A stretch of DNA of 33,292 nt from Promethearchaeota archaeon (GCA_019058295.1 JAHPZI010000005.1:1-33292), one strand, 5' to 3'. Shown: positions 17,668-26,660, counted from the stretch's first letter. Numbers and translations: made by a program. The notes: generated from the letters alone by a model not told the origin.

Positions 17668-18603
17668 ATGAAATATATCTATGGGCCTGTACCGAGTAGG
17701 AGATTGGGTAGATCTTTGGGAATTGATCCTATTCCCTCAAAAACTTGTAATTTCCAATGTATATATTGTCAAATAGGAAAAACGACTTTTTTTACGAATG
17801 AACGGAGAAATTATTATCCGAAGGAAGAAATTATTGCTGAAATGAGAGAAGCTATCGAACAAAATGAAAAAAAAATAGATTATATAACTTTTGTTGGCAG
17901 TGGTGAACCCACATTATATAAAGATTTAGAAGAATTGATTTTAAAAGCAAAAGAGTTATCAAAAAACCCCGTTTGCGTAATTACAAATGGTGCATTATTG
18001 TATAATTCCGAGGTTAGTAAAGCCCTTATGCTTGCTGATGTTGTTTTACCTAGCCTAGATGCGGGAGATAGTCAGCTTTTTATCAAAATTAATCGACCTC
18101 ACCCTTCTCTTAAATATAATGACATTATTCAAGGGATAATTGAATTTAAAAGAAAATTTAAAGGTAAGTTATGGTTAGAAATAATGATTATAAAGGGCGT
18201 TAACGATTCAAATGAAAATTTATTAAAAATTAAAGAAAAAATTGATTTAATAAAACCAGATAGAATTGATATTAACGTTCCAACAAGACCTCCTACAGAA
18301 AATTGGGTTAAAATTCCAGATAAAAGCATTATTCCTCTTCTTAAGGAAATTTTTGGTGATATTTATGATATAACATTTCCAGAAAAGGGAAAATTCGATT
18401 ACTATTCCTTAGATTTTGAAAAAGAAATCTTATCAATAATAGAAAGACATCCTATGAGACAAGATCAAATAATTGAGACTTTTCATTCAGGTAATTTTAA
18501 ACAAGAAGAAATTTTAAAGCGATTAAAAGCACTTGAATATCAGAAAATAATTACAAAGATAATCTATAATAATGAAATCTTTTGGAAATTAGATCAAGGG
18601 TAA
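17668..18603 (+). CDS. Radical SAM protein of unknown function (YGPVPSRRLGRSLG family)
   Basis: CNFQCIYC motif, GSGEPTL, ITNG. Confidence 0.85.
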   Translation: MKYIYGPVPSRRLGRSLGIDPIPSKTCNFQCIYCQIGKTTFFTNERRNYYPKEEIIAEMREAIEQNEKKIDYITFVGSGEPTLYKDLEELILKAKELSKNPVCVITNGALLYNSEVSKALMLADVVLPSLDAGDSQLFIKINRPHPSLKYNDIIQGIIEFKRKFKGKLWLEIMIIKGVNDSNENLLKIKEKIDLIKPDRIDINVPTRPPTENWVKIPDKSIIPLLKEIFGDIYDITFPEKGKFDYYSLDFEKEILSIIERHPMRQDQIIETFHSGNFKQEEILKRLKALEYQKIITKIIYNNEIFWKLDQG

Positions 18604-18616
18604 ATTTATTTGTGTA

Positions 18617-19003
18617 TTAATAATGAAATTCAAGAATAAGACTTTCTAGGGCATCAGATATCTCTGGAGTTATATAATGCTCAATTTTACAACATAAATT
18701 TTTCACTTGATCATTGTCTTTTAATTTTAAAACATGTACAAAAAAATCAAATAAACTATTATAGTTTTTAACAATGCTAAGGGCAATTTTTTTTCCCTTT
18801 TTAGTTAATCTTAAAGATTTATTAGGCTTCCAATCTATTAGATCTTTCGCTTTTAACTTATACAACATATTTGTAACTGAAGATGGGTTAACTTTTAATA
18901 TATTTGAAATTTCTGAATTAGATACCCAGCCACCTTTATTCTCTTTTGAAATTAAATATATGGCTTTTATATAATCTTCATAACTCTTATTTAAGTGTTT
19001 CAT
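18617..19003 (-). CDS. DtxR/MntR family metal-dependent transcriptional repressor (short form)
   Basis: EDYIKAIY, VNPSSVTNML HTH, LTKKG, CKIEH metal-binding motif. Confidence 0.9.
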   Translation of the reverse strand: MKHLNKSYEDYIKAIYLISKENKGGWVSNSEISNILKVNPSSVTNMLYKLKAKDLIDWKPNKSLRLTKKGKKIALSIVKNYNSLFDFFVHVLKLKDNDQVKNLCCKIEHYITPEISDALESLILEFHY

Positions 19004-19049
19004 TTTATTTCAAATTTCCAATGGGACTTTTAAATTAAAAAAAAAAAAA

Positions 19050-19445
19050 TTATTCAGTTTTTTCTAATTCTTCAATTCTTTTAGAAATATCGCCTAATGC
19101 GGTTTTAATTCCATCCATTTCAGACTCTAAATATTGCTTTTCTTGCTTAAGTATATTTAATTGCGCTTCAGGAGTAGTCGGAGGTGGATAAACGGGGGGA
19201 GGGACTAAATTTGATCCGTATAATGGAGCACCATACCCCCAGAAACCTCCAAACCTTCTGCCGCCACCTCTACCCCATCCGACGCCGCGCCCATATCCCA
19301 TTCCTCGACCTCCTCCAAATCCTCTTCCAAGACCCATACCTGGTCCTTTAGTATATCCTGGTGAATTATAACCTGCGCAATATCCTAAACCTCTACCAGT
19401 CATAGAACCTTGACCCCAAGGTCCCGTACCATCTCCTCTAGGCAT
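19050..19445 (-). CDS. DUF5320-family protein (Gly/Arg-rich with C-terminal coiled coil)
   Basis: MPRGDGTGPWGQGSMTGRGLGYCAG signature; ATG at 19445 after GAGGTG RBS. Confidence 0.88.
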   Translation of the reverse strand: MPRGDGTGPWGQGSMTGRGLGYCAGYNSPGYTKGPGMGLGRGFGGGRGMGYGRGVGWGRGGGRRFGGFWGYGAPLYGSNLVPPPVYPPPTTPEAQLNILKQEKQYLESEMDGIKTALGDISKRIEELEKTE

Positions 19446-19497
19446 TTTTTTTACCACCTCGTTTTAAAATTTAGGTTTTTTATATTTTATATTATAG

Positions 19498-19613
19498 TGA
19501 ATGATTATTCATAATACTAATAGTTTTCTTCATATAAAAATATAACTATTTTGGTTTCTGAATGATTATTCATAATACTAATAGTTTTTTTCATATAAAA
19601 ATATAACTATTTT
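19498..19613. repeat. 55-bp direct repeat (54/55 identical, period 61) duplicating an operator plus TATA module
   Basis: Copies at 19498-19552 and 19559-19613; each starts with TGAATGATTATTCA and contains CATATAAAAA (minus-strand TTTTTATATG). Confidence 0.9.
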
Positions 19614-19681
19614 AATTTAATGTCTTAGTTCTTGAGATATAGATTATGTGAGTAAAAAATTAATAATTAAACCAGATTCTT

Positions 19682-19972
19682 CTATTCTTTATGCATATTT
19701 CCACAATCAACTAATATTTTAGAGGCTAAACCTCTACCTAAAACTATAGATGAGCCCTTTACAATAATATTTATGGGCCCTCGAAAAGGTGCACATTTCC
19801 TCATGCTAATTTTCACACCAGGTAGAATCCCTAGATGAGCAAGACGTTTTTTTGCCCTCTGACCAGCATTTACCCCAATAACGAGTAATTCTGAACCGAT
19901 TTCACAATCAGTTAAACATTTTATTAATGGTTTAGAATGAAGTCTATTTGGTTTTTTAAATAGATTACTCAT
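19682..19972 (-). CDS. feoA: Ferrous iron transport protein A
   Basis: KRLAHLGILPG...APFRGPI...VKGSSIVLGRGLASKI, SH3-like FeoA pattern. Confidence 0.88.
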   Translation of the reverse strand: MSNLFKKPNRLHSKPLIKCLTDCEIGSELLVIGVNAGQRAKKRLAHLGILPGVKISMRKCAPFRGPINIIVKGSSIVLGRGLASKILVDCGNMHKE

Positions 19973-20015
19973 ATTTTCTACCTTGCATAAAGAAAAGGCG
20001 ATCTAGTATAAATAT

Positions 20016-20029
20016 TTTGTCTTGACTAA
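20016..20029. promoter_or_regulatory. Putative DtxR-family box for the leftward feoA
   Basis: Minus strand TTAGTCAAGACAAA, two mismatches to the perfect box at 20198, just upstream of minus-strand TATTTATA. Confidence 0.55.
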
Positions 20030-20197
20030 TTAGCTAATTTATATTATATTTTTAATTAAGGTTTGAATATTATTAGTGAGATATATAAGTTGATTATATT
20101 AAAAATAAATATAAAATATTAAATCCCTTAAAAAACATTTCAATCTTCAGTTTTTCATTAAAATCAACTTTTTAATCTTAAATAAAAAGATTAATAA

Positions 20198-20211
20198 TTA
20201 GTCATGACTAA
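20198..20211. promoter_or_regulatory. Putative DtxR-family box TTAGTCATGACTAA for feoAB
   Basis: Perfect 14-bp palindrome directly 5' of TATA TTTAAATA (20213-20220). Confidence 0.65.
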
Positions 20212-20259
20212 ATTTAAATATTAAAAATACTTATTATTATTGATAAAAAAGATAATTTA

Positions 20260-20571
20260 ATGTTGTTGATTATGATTAGATCAATGAATGAAAAATTTGT
20301 TCAAAAGAAAGGATTTGGAACCCCATTAATTAAATGCTTAACTAAATGTAAAAAAGGAGAAAAAACAAAAGTTATAGGTGTTAATGCGGGATTCCGAGCA
20401 AAAAAACGATTAGCGAATTTAGGAATAGTTCCTGGAACCACAATTAAGAAAAAAACGGAAGCCCCTTTTCATGGACCATTAGAAATTATTGTAAAAGGAT
20501 CAACATTAGCGATAGGTAGAGGTTTAGCATCAAAAATTATTGTTGAATGCTCTGAAATTTGTAATTTTTAA
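20260..20571 (+). CDS. feoA: Ferrous iron transport protein A (second copy; start may be ATG 20284)
   Basis: KRLANLGIVPG...APFHGPLEIIVKGSTLAIGRGLASKI. Confidence 0.88.
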   Translation: MLLIMIRSMNEKFVQKKGFGTPLIKCLTKCKKGEKTKVIGVNAGFRAKKRLANLGIVPGTTIKKKTEAPFHGPLEIIVKGSTLAIGRGLASKIIVECSEICNF

Positions 20572-20653
20572 AAAAGCTATTACTTTTAAAATCCTTATAA
20601 AAAATTTTTAAAATAATTAAATTAAGAAAAAAAATAGAAGTTATCATATTCAA

Positions 20654-22900
20654 ATGAATAAGAAAGGAAAGAGGAAGCGAAAAAAGCGTTCTAAAAGAAT
20701 GCTTCCATTAGAAAGGGTTTATCAAAAGAGACACGAGAGAAAACTCCGATCAAAAGTAAGTTCAGAGAAAAGAGCAATTTATGAAAAAGAAGACGCTTAT
20801 AAAGAAACGATTAACATCGCTTTAGCAGGTAATCCTAATGTAGGGAAATCAGTAATATTCAATCAACTAACTGGTCTCTCGCAAACAATCGGAAATTGGC
20901 CTGGCAAAACTGTAGAAAAAATGGAAGGCTATCTTAATTTTTTAGGCTACCACTTTAATATCATCGATTTACCTGGTATATATAGCTTATCTACATATTC
21001 TTTGGAAGAAATCGTAAGTCGAGAATATATTATTTCTGAAGAAGTGGATATTATTATAAATGTAATTGACGCTACAAATTTAGAGCGCAACTTATTTTTT
21101 ACTTTTCAGCTTTTAGAATTAGAAGTTCCAATGATACTGGCAATCAATCAAATGGACATACTCAGGAAAAGAAAAATTGACTTAGATTTCAAAAAGTTGG
21201 AAAAAATCTTTAAATTACCTGTTCTTCCCGTTGTTGCGGTACATGGTACAGGAGTACATCAATTATTAGAAGAAGCTATCGAATTAGTCATATATCATCA
21301 TCCACATTCTCATTATATTGAGGGTGGCAAGAACAAACATGAACATCTTAGTCATGATTATCATTTAAGAGAAGAAAGTAAGATTAAAATTGCTGAAGAG
21401 AGATCCACACTGAAATTTTTTCAATTTCCTGATTTATCATCCGTAATTTCCTATGGTAAGGAAGTTGAATTAAGGATAAAGGACTTGGTCAAATTGATTG
21501 ATGAATATCGAGATTATTTTTCTCAATTCAATTATCCTTCACGATTTTTAGCAATAAAAATTTTAGAAAATGATGAGGAAATAATTAAGATTTTTAATTT
21601 TGATGATAAATCCAAACATATTATTAAGATAGCAGAAAAATATCGTAAAGAATTGGAAGATTTACATGGTGAAGATATTAATACAATAATATCTTCCGAA
21701 ATTTACAATAATATACATAATATAATTGAAAAAACGGTCCTAGATTATACTCCAGAAACAATTAAAGAAACATTGGCCGAGAAAATTGACCACATTACAA
21801 CGCATTCAATAGGGGGTTATGTAATATTAGGATTAGTACTTGTTGGAATATATACATTTACATTTATTGTTGGTGATTTTTTAGGTGGATTAGTAGAAGA
21901 ATTATTTATGAATTTAACCATACCGATATATGCTACTTACGGTGAGGATAATGTTTGGGTTAAACTTCTGTGGGATGGGGCAATGGGCGGATTTTTTGGA
22001 GCTATTGGTGGAGTTCTTGTATATGTTATTCCATTCTTTCTTATAATTGAAATTCTTCAGGACTCAGGGTATCTACCGAGAGCTGCATTTCTTATGGATA
22101 GAGTAATGCACGCAATAGGAGTTCATGGAAAGACTATAATTCCAATGATTTTAGGTTTTGGATGTAATGTACCAGCATGTGCTGGTTGTAGAATAATGGA
22201 AACAGAACGGGAGAAAAAGATATCAATTGCGTTGACTTCGCTTGTTCCCTGCGCAGCAGTAACGACTGTTGTTTTAGGTTTAGTTGGACGCTATTTAGGG
22301 CTTGGATGGGTTTTATTTTTGTTCATTATAAATTTTTCTGTAATTTTATTCATAGGAAGAATATTAAATAAAGTAATGCCTGGTGAAAGTACAGAATTAA
22401 TTATGGAAATGCACGATTATCGCCTTCCTAATCTTAATGTTATTACTAAACAAACATATATGAGAAGTAAGGAATTTATATTTAAAGCTCTACCAATTAT
22501 TATCGTCTTAGGAATCGTCTTAGAAATCATGTTAATCTTCAATCTTTTGGAGCCTATTAATATCGTATTATCTCCAGTCACAGTTTTTTGGTTAGGATTG
22601 CCTATTGTTGTTGGTGTCTTTTTAATTTATGGTATTTTACGAAAGGAATTAACCTTAGTCCTTTTAGCAATTTTAGCAACTTCAATGGGATTAACTATAT
22701 TGGAACTTATGACACCGATACAGATGATTGTTTTTTGTTTAGTTACAATGCTTTATATCCCCTGTTTTGCTACAATAATAATTATCGCCAAGCAAACCAA
22801 TTGGAAATACGCTTTGCAAATTTCCTTAATGGAAATAGCTATCGCTTTATTAATAGGAGGAGCGATTTTTTGGGGATATAGTTTCTTTATAAATCTTTAG
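20654..22900 (+). CDS. feoB: Ferrous iron transport protein B
   Basis: GNPNVGKS, GNWPGKTVE, DLPG and NQMD G-motifs; DSGYLPRAAF, GFGCNVPA and LYIPC membrane motifs. Confidence 0.95.
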   Translation: MNKKGKRKRKKRSKRMLPLERVYQKRHERKLRSKVSSEKRAIYEKEDAYKETINIALAGNPNVGKSVIFNQLTGLSQTIGNWPGKTVEKMEGYLNFLGYHFNIIDLPGIYSLSTYSLEEIVSREYIISEEVDIIINVIDATNLERNLFFTFQLLELEVPMILAINQMDILRKRKIDLDFKKLEKIFKLPVLPVVAVHGTGVHQLLEEAIELVIYHHPHSHYIEGGKNKHEHLSHDYHLREESKIKIAEERSTLKFFQFPDLSSVISYGKEVELRIKDLVKLIDEYRDYFSQFNYPSRFLAIKILENDEEIIKIFNFDDKSKHIIKIAEKYRKELEDLHGEDINTIISSEIYNNIHNIIEKTVLDYTPETIKETLAEKIDHITTHSIGGYVILGLVLVGIYTFTFIVGDFLGGLVEELFMNLTIPIYATYGEDNVWVKLLWDGAMGGFFGAIGGVLVYVIPFFLIIEILQDSGYLPRAAFLMDRVMHAIGVHGKTIIPMILGFGCNVPACAGCRIMETEREKKISIALTSLVPCAAVTTVVLGLVGRYLGLGWVLFLFIINFSVILFIGRILNKVMPGESTELIMEMHDYRLPNLNVITKQTYMRSKEFIFKALPIIIVLGIVLEIMLIFNLLEPINIVLSPVTVFWLGLPIVVGVFLIYGILRKELTLVLLAILATSMGLTILELMTPIQMIVFCLVTMLYIPCFATIIIIAKQTNWKYALQISLMEIAIALLIGGAIFWGYSFFINL

Positions 22901-23035
22901 TTTTTAGTAAAAATTTTTAAAAAATTAGTCTTCAGAAAATCCATAAATTTAGTCATCTGATTTAATTTATGTGTAATATTCTAAGTTTTAGATATATAAA
23001 TACCCTACTGTGTAAAGTATTGCTACAGATAATCT

Positions 23036-23833
23036 TTAACCTCTAAATCTTTTTTGTAGAGTTTTTTGATGTAATGTAAAGGATATGAACAAAAATCCAA
23101 ATCCAAAAATCAGCAAAATACTAAAATCAATTAAAAGCCCCCATGTTCCAAAAGCACTAACTTCACCTAAACCAATATTAATAACATCAATGAAATATGT
23201 AAGTGGGGATATTAAGGCTAATGGAGCTGATGAAATTGGCATAAATAATGGACTCATGAAAACTATTGGAAATTTTATTAAAATGGTTAGAATCATAGTA
23301 CTTGCAGGTGTATCTGTTGGAGGAACTGATAATATTAAGCTGAAGCTTGAATATGCAAAAGCCGCTATTATAATTCCGATGATGATGATTAAAATATTTA
23401 TATAGGACCATAAACCAAAAATAAACACCCCTAAAACCATCGGGATAGTAGAAAATATACAACCGAAAAAAAATGAGCTCCACACATTACCAAGTAAAAT
23501 TGTTTTTATTGAAATCGGACAAGATATCAATCGCTCTAAAGTCTTTTGTCGAGTCTCCCATGGAAAAACTACTGGCCCAATAGATGTTGAAGTTAGGAAT
23601 AAAACCATTGCCATAAGTCCAGAAATTATATAAATTGGAAGAATAGTTCTCCCAACAGTAAAAGCTAAAAATAACATGATTGGAAACAATATTCCTTGAA
23701 TTACTACAGGTCCTTTATTATAATAAATTCTTAAATCCTTCTTAGCTATCGCAAAAGATCTTCTAATTTGTGTTAAAAAACTCTCAGATTTTAAATTCTC
23801 TAAAAAATTTTCATTTATATTACTAATTATTAT
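23036..23833 (-). CDS. ABC-2 type exporter permease; N-terminus extends upstream of the ORF-track start (23689), true start uncertain
   Basis: Frame stays open to 23842 and encodes RRSFAIAKKDLRIYYNKGPVVIQGILFP; WETRQKTLERL and SPLTYF ABC-2 motifs. Confidence 0.8.
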   Translation of the reverse strand: MIISNINENFLENLKSESFLTQIRRSFAIAKKDLRIYYNKGPVVIQGILFPIMLFLAFTVGRTILPIYIISGLMAMVLFLTSTSIGPVVFPWETRQKTLERLISCPISIKTILLGNVWSSFFFGCIFSTIPMVLGVFIFGLWSYINILIIIIGIIIAAFAYSSFSLILSVPPTDTPASTMILTILIKFPIVFMSPLFMPISSAPLALISPLTYFIDVINIGLGEVSAFGTWGLLIDFSILLIFGFGFLFISFTLHQKTLQKRFRG

Positions 23834-24813
23834 CCCCCCCCATTAACCATTTTAACGAAAACATCCTCTAAATGAGGTTCATAAGTATTTATTTTTTTTA
23901 TTTTGATATGGTTTGATTTTAAGTATTCAATAATTTCAAAAATACCATTATTAATATCATGAACTATTATGTGATAATGATCTTGGATCTTTCTAACTTC
24001 TTTTATAGTACTTAAATTTTCAATCTCTTTCTGATTTAAATCATTTATCAAGTATAGATCAATTGCCTGATATTCTTGTTTCAAATTTCTCAAATTTTCC
24101 GGAGAATCTAAACCAATGATTTTCCCTTTATTAATAATTGCTATACGATTGCATAATTCATTAGCGACATCCATATCATGAGTGGTCATGAAAATAGTCA
24201 TTCCCGTTTTATTATATTCTCTTATGAGTTGCTTTATAATTCGTGCCGATTGAACATCTAAACCCGAAGTTGGTTCATCTAAAAATAAGATTTTAGGACT
24301 GCTCATCAATGCCATACATAATAATAATCTCTGTTTCATACCTTTTGAATATTTTTTAGCTTTAGAATACCGCCTGTCAAATAATTCAAATTTTTTAAGT
24401 AAATTTTCGGCAAGATCGTTTCTCTCTTTTTTTGGAATTCCATAAATTTCTCCGATAAAATTTAGGTTTTGAATACCTGTTAGATCTAAATATACATTTG
24501 CCATTTCAGGAACATTACCCATTATTTGTTTTACTCTGATAGGATGTTTCCAGACATTTTCTCCAAAAATAGTTATACTCCCATTGGATGGTTTTAAAAC
24601 GCCCGTTAACATTCGGATTGTTGTTGTTTTTCCTGCACCATTGGGTCCTAAAAATCCAAATATCTCCCCATATTTAACGTTAAAACTAATATTATCAACA
24701 GCACAAATTAAGTTATTTTCTTTTTCTAGAATTTGTTTACTTTTTTTTTCTTTTTTCTTACCTTTAGATGGCTTGAAAAACTTAGATAAATCTTTAGCTA
24801 TAATTGCATTCAT
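23830..24813 (-). CDS. ABC transporter ATP-binding protein (DrrA/ABC-2 type)
   Basis: GPNGAGKTT Walker A, YSKGMKQR signature, LFLDEPT Walker B, TTH. Confidence 0.93.
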   Translation of the reverse strand: MNAIIAKDLSKFFKPSKGKKKEKKSKQILEKENNLICAVDNISFNVKYGEIFGFLGPNGAGKTTTIRMLTGVLKPSNGSITIFGENVWKHPIRVKQIMGNVPEMANVYLDLTGIQNLNFIGEIYGIPKKERNDLAENLLKKFELFDRRYSKAKKYSKGMKQRLLLCMALMSSPKILFLDEPTSGLDVQSARIIKQLIREYNKTGMTIFMTTHDMDVANELCNRIAIINKGKIIGLDSPENLRNLKQEYQAIDLYLINDLNQKEIENLSTIKEVRKIQDHYHIIVHDINNGIFEIIEYLKSNHIKIKKINTYEPHLEDVFVKMVNGGG

Positions 24814-24859
24814 TTTCTACACCTAATAAAATAAAAAAAAATAATTTAATTAAATAATG

Positions 24860-25015
24860 TTATTTTTTATCTTCTTCAAGTTGAATGTGTTTCAAAAGCT
24901 CATTAAGTGGTTGATCTCCATGACATTTTATAATTTGATTTAAAGAGCACCCATGTGGATGCTTTTCCTTTATTTCAGGATAAGTACAATCATATTCTTC
25001 CTCTTTTAATTTCAA
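24860..25015 (-). CDS. Unannotated 51-aa Cys/His-rich peptide, first gene of the ABC operon
   Basis: TTG start after GGGGA RBS; MKLKEEEYDCTYPEIKEKHPHGCSLNQIIKCHGDQPLNELLKHIQLEEDKK*. Confidence 0.7.
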   Translation of the reverse strand: MKLKEEEYDCTYPEIKEKHPHGCSLNQIIKCHGDQPLNELLKHIQLEEDKK

Positions 25016-25054
25016 ATTTTTTTCCCCTTTTGAGATTTTTTCATCTATAATTTA

Positions 25055-25081
25055 ATTAGTTAAATGATAGATTTAACTAAT
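25055..25081. promoter_or_regulatory. Perfect 11-5-11 inverted repeat, candidate operator of the adjacent wHTH regulator
   Basis: ATTAGTTAAAT-gatag-ATTTAACTAAT between divergent genes, next to TATTTAAATA (25091-25100). Confidence 0.65.
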
Positions 25082-25155
25082 CAAACCATATATTTAAATA
25101 CTTCGTTTTTCTATTTAAATTATGAAAAGAGGAAAAATTGTAAGGGTGTGAGATA

Positions 25156-25506
25156 TTGAAGGAAATTGATCTCACAGAGATAAGTAACTATGTTAGAGCC
25201 TTGCATTGTGAGATAAGATGGAGAATAATTGACATTTTAAGAGAAAGGTCAATGAGCTCTGAAGAAATTTTTAATGTCTTGAGAAAAAACAAGCAACCAA
25301 TAACAAAAAATCCAGATGAATGCCGAGGGGAATGCAAAGCAAATACCGTAAAGAAATTAAAAAAACCATCCCTATATTATCATTTAAGAGAATTGGAGAA
25401 GGTTGGAATTATTGAATTAGATGAATATAAACCTAGCAAAGATAATAGAGCTCCAGAAAAAGTGTGGAAATTAAATATGGATAAACTAATCATTAATTTT
25501 AAATAA
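25156..25506 (+). CDS. ArsR-like winged-helix transcriptional regulator
   Basis: ALHCEIRWRIIDIL, SLYYHLRELEKVGII, RAPEKVW wing; insertion ECRGEC. Confidence 0.82.
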   Translation: MKEIDLTEISNYVRALHCEIRWRIIDILRERSMSSEEIFNVLRKNKQPITKNPDECRGECKANTVKKLKKPSLYYHLRELEKVGIIELDEYKPSKDNRAPEKVWKLNMDKLIINFK

Positions 25507-25598
25507 ATAATTTATAAAAATATATCTATAGAATATGCTCTTGGTCTTTTAAACTGCTCTTTATATAATATTCCATATTTCTTAGGAATTGATAAGAT

Positions 25599-26660
25599 CT
25601 AATTATTTAAATATCTTTTAATTTCTTTTTCAGAACTTTCTGAAAATTTTTCAAATTTCTTCGGAATTGCACAACATGATGAATAAAATTTGAATTTAAC
25701 TTCTGGATTTCTTTTTTTCACCCAATTAATCGTTTTTTTTGAAGGGTTTTCAATCCTCGTAATTCCTGCTCTAACAGCATATTTCTCAATTTCAATTTTC
25801 AAATTTTTTCGTGGTCTCATGCAACCTAAAGAAATTTCAGTCTTAGGAAATAGAAATCTTATTGTAGCAACTATTTTAGCTATATCAATTGGCTTTGGTG
25901 TTTCAAATTTGGTTTTCTTATATTCTTTGGAGCTCTTTGGAGGAATTAAGGCGATTAATACTATTAAAGAAGGATTTATTTCTTTTAAGAATTTAATTGA
26001 CTCTAACTCCTTATGGAGCCTTCCATAATATAATCCTACACAAATATGCGGTACAATATTTAAATTATATCTTTTTAATAAACTTACGGCTCTTTTATAA
26101 TCATCTAACTCTTTATTTAAATGGTAAATATCCTTAATAACTTCATTATCCATATTTATATCAAAGGAAATTATATCTACATTAGCTTCAGCCAGCTTTT
26201 TTGCGGTTTCTTCATTTAATAACCCAGTGTGGACGTTAATAATTAAATTGGTTTGATATTTTACTTTTTTAACTGTATCTAAAAACCCTATCAAAGGGAC
26301 GGCTCCATCAGGATCACAGCCTCCAGAGATTAAAGCGCCAACTCCATTGTTCTTAGAAAGTTCTGTTAAATAATTTTCTAAATCTGCATTATTTTGAAGT
26401 GGTTTCATACCCTTTAAGTACTTCTTATCACAATGCTCACAGCCTAAAGCACATTCGCTTCCAGTTATACTAATTGCAGGAAATCTCTTGTTTGGAGTGT
26501 ATATTTTTAGTTGATTTTCAAAATTTTGAAAAGTAATTTTATTAGCAAGATTGAAAAAAGGTTCTAAATCATTCACATCCAATTCTAAAAACTTAGAATA
26601 ATCTGACCAAGTTGCGTTTCCAGATTTGATCCTATCTAATAGACCTTTAGTTTTACTCAT
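25599..26660 (-). CDS. lipS1: Radical SAM protein, LipS1-type archaeal lipoyl synthase subunit
   Basis: ISITGSECALGCEHC, LISGG, GCMRP and C-terminal CC motifs characteristic of LipS1. Confidence 0.78.
   Translation of the reverse strand: MSKTKGLLDRIKSGNATWSDYSKFLELDVNDLEPFFNLANKITFQNFENQLKIYTPNKRFPAISITGSECALGCEHCDKKYLKGMKPLQNNADLENYLTELSKNNGVGALISGGCDPDGAVPLIGFLDTVKKVKYQTNLIINVHTGLLNEETAKKLAEANVDIISFDINMDNEVIKDIYHLNKELDDYKRAVSLLKRYNLNIVPHICVGLYYGRLHKELESIKFLKEINPSLIVLIALIPPKSSKEYKKTKFETPKPIDIAKIVATIRFLFPKTEISLGCMRPRKNLKIEIEKYAVRAGITRIENPSKKTINWVKKRNPEVKFKFYSSCCAIPKKFEKFSESSEKEIKRYLNN

Noticed and set aside
19498-19613. Possible mini-CRISPR array
   Set aside because: Only two 55-bp units with a 6-bp spacer, no cas genes, and the content is promoter-like
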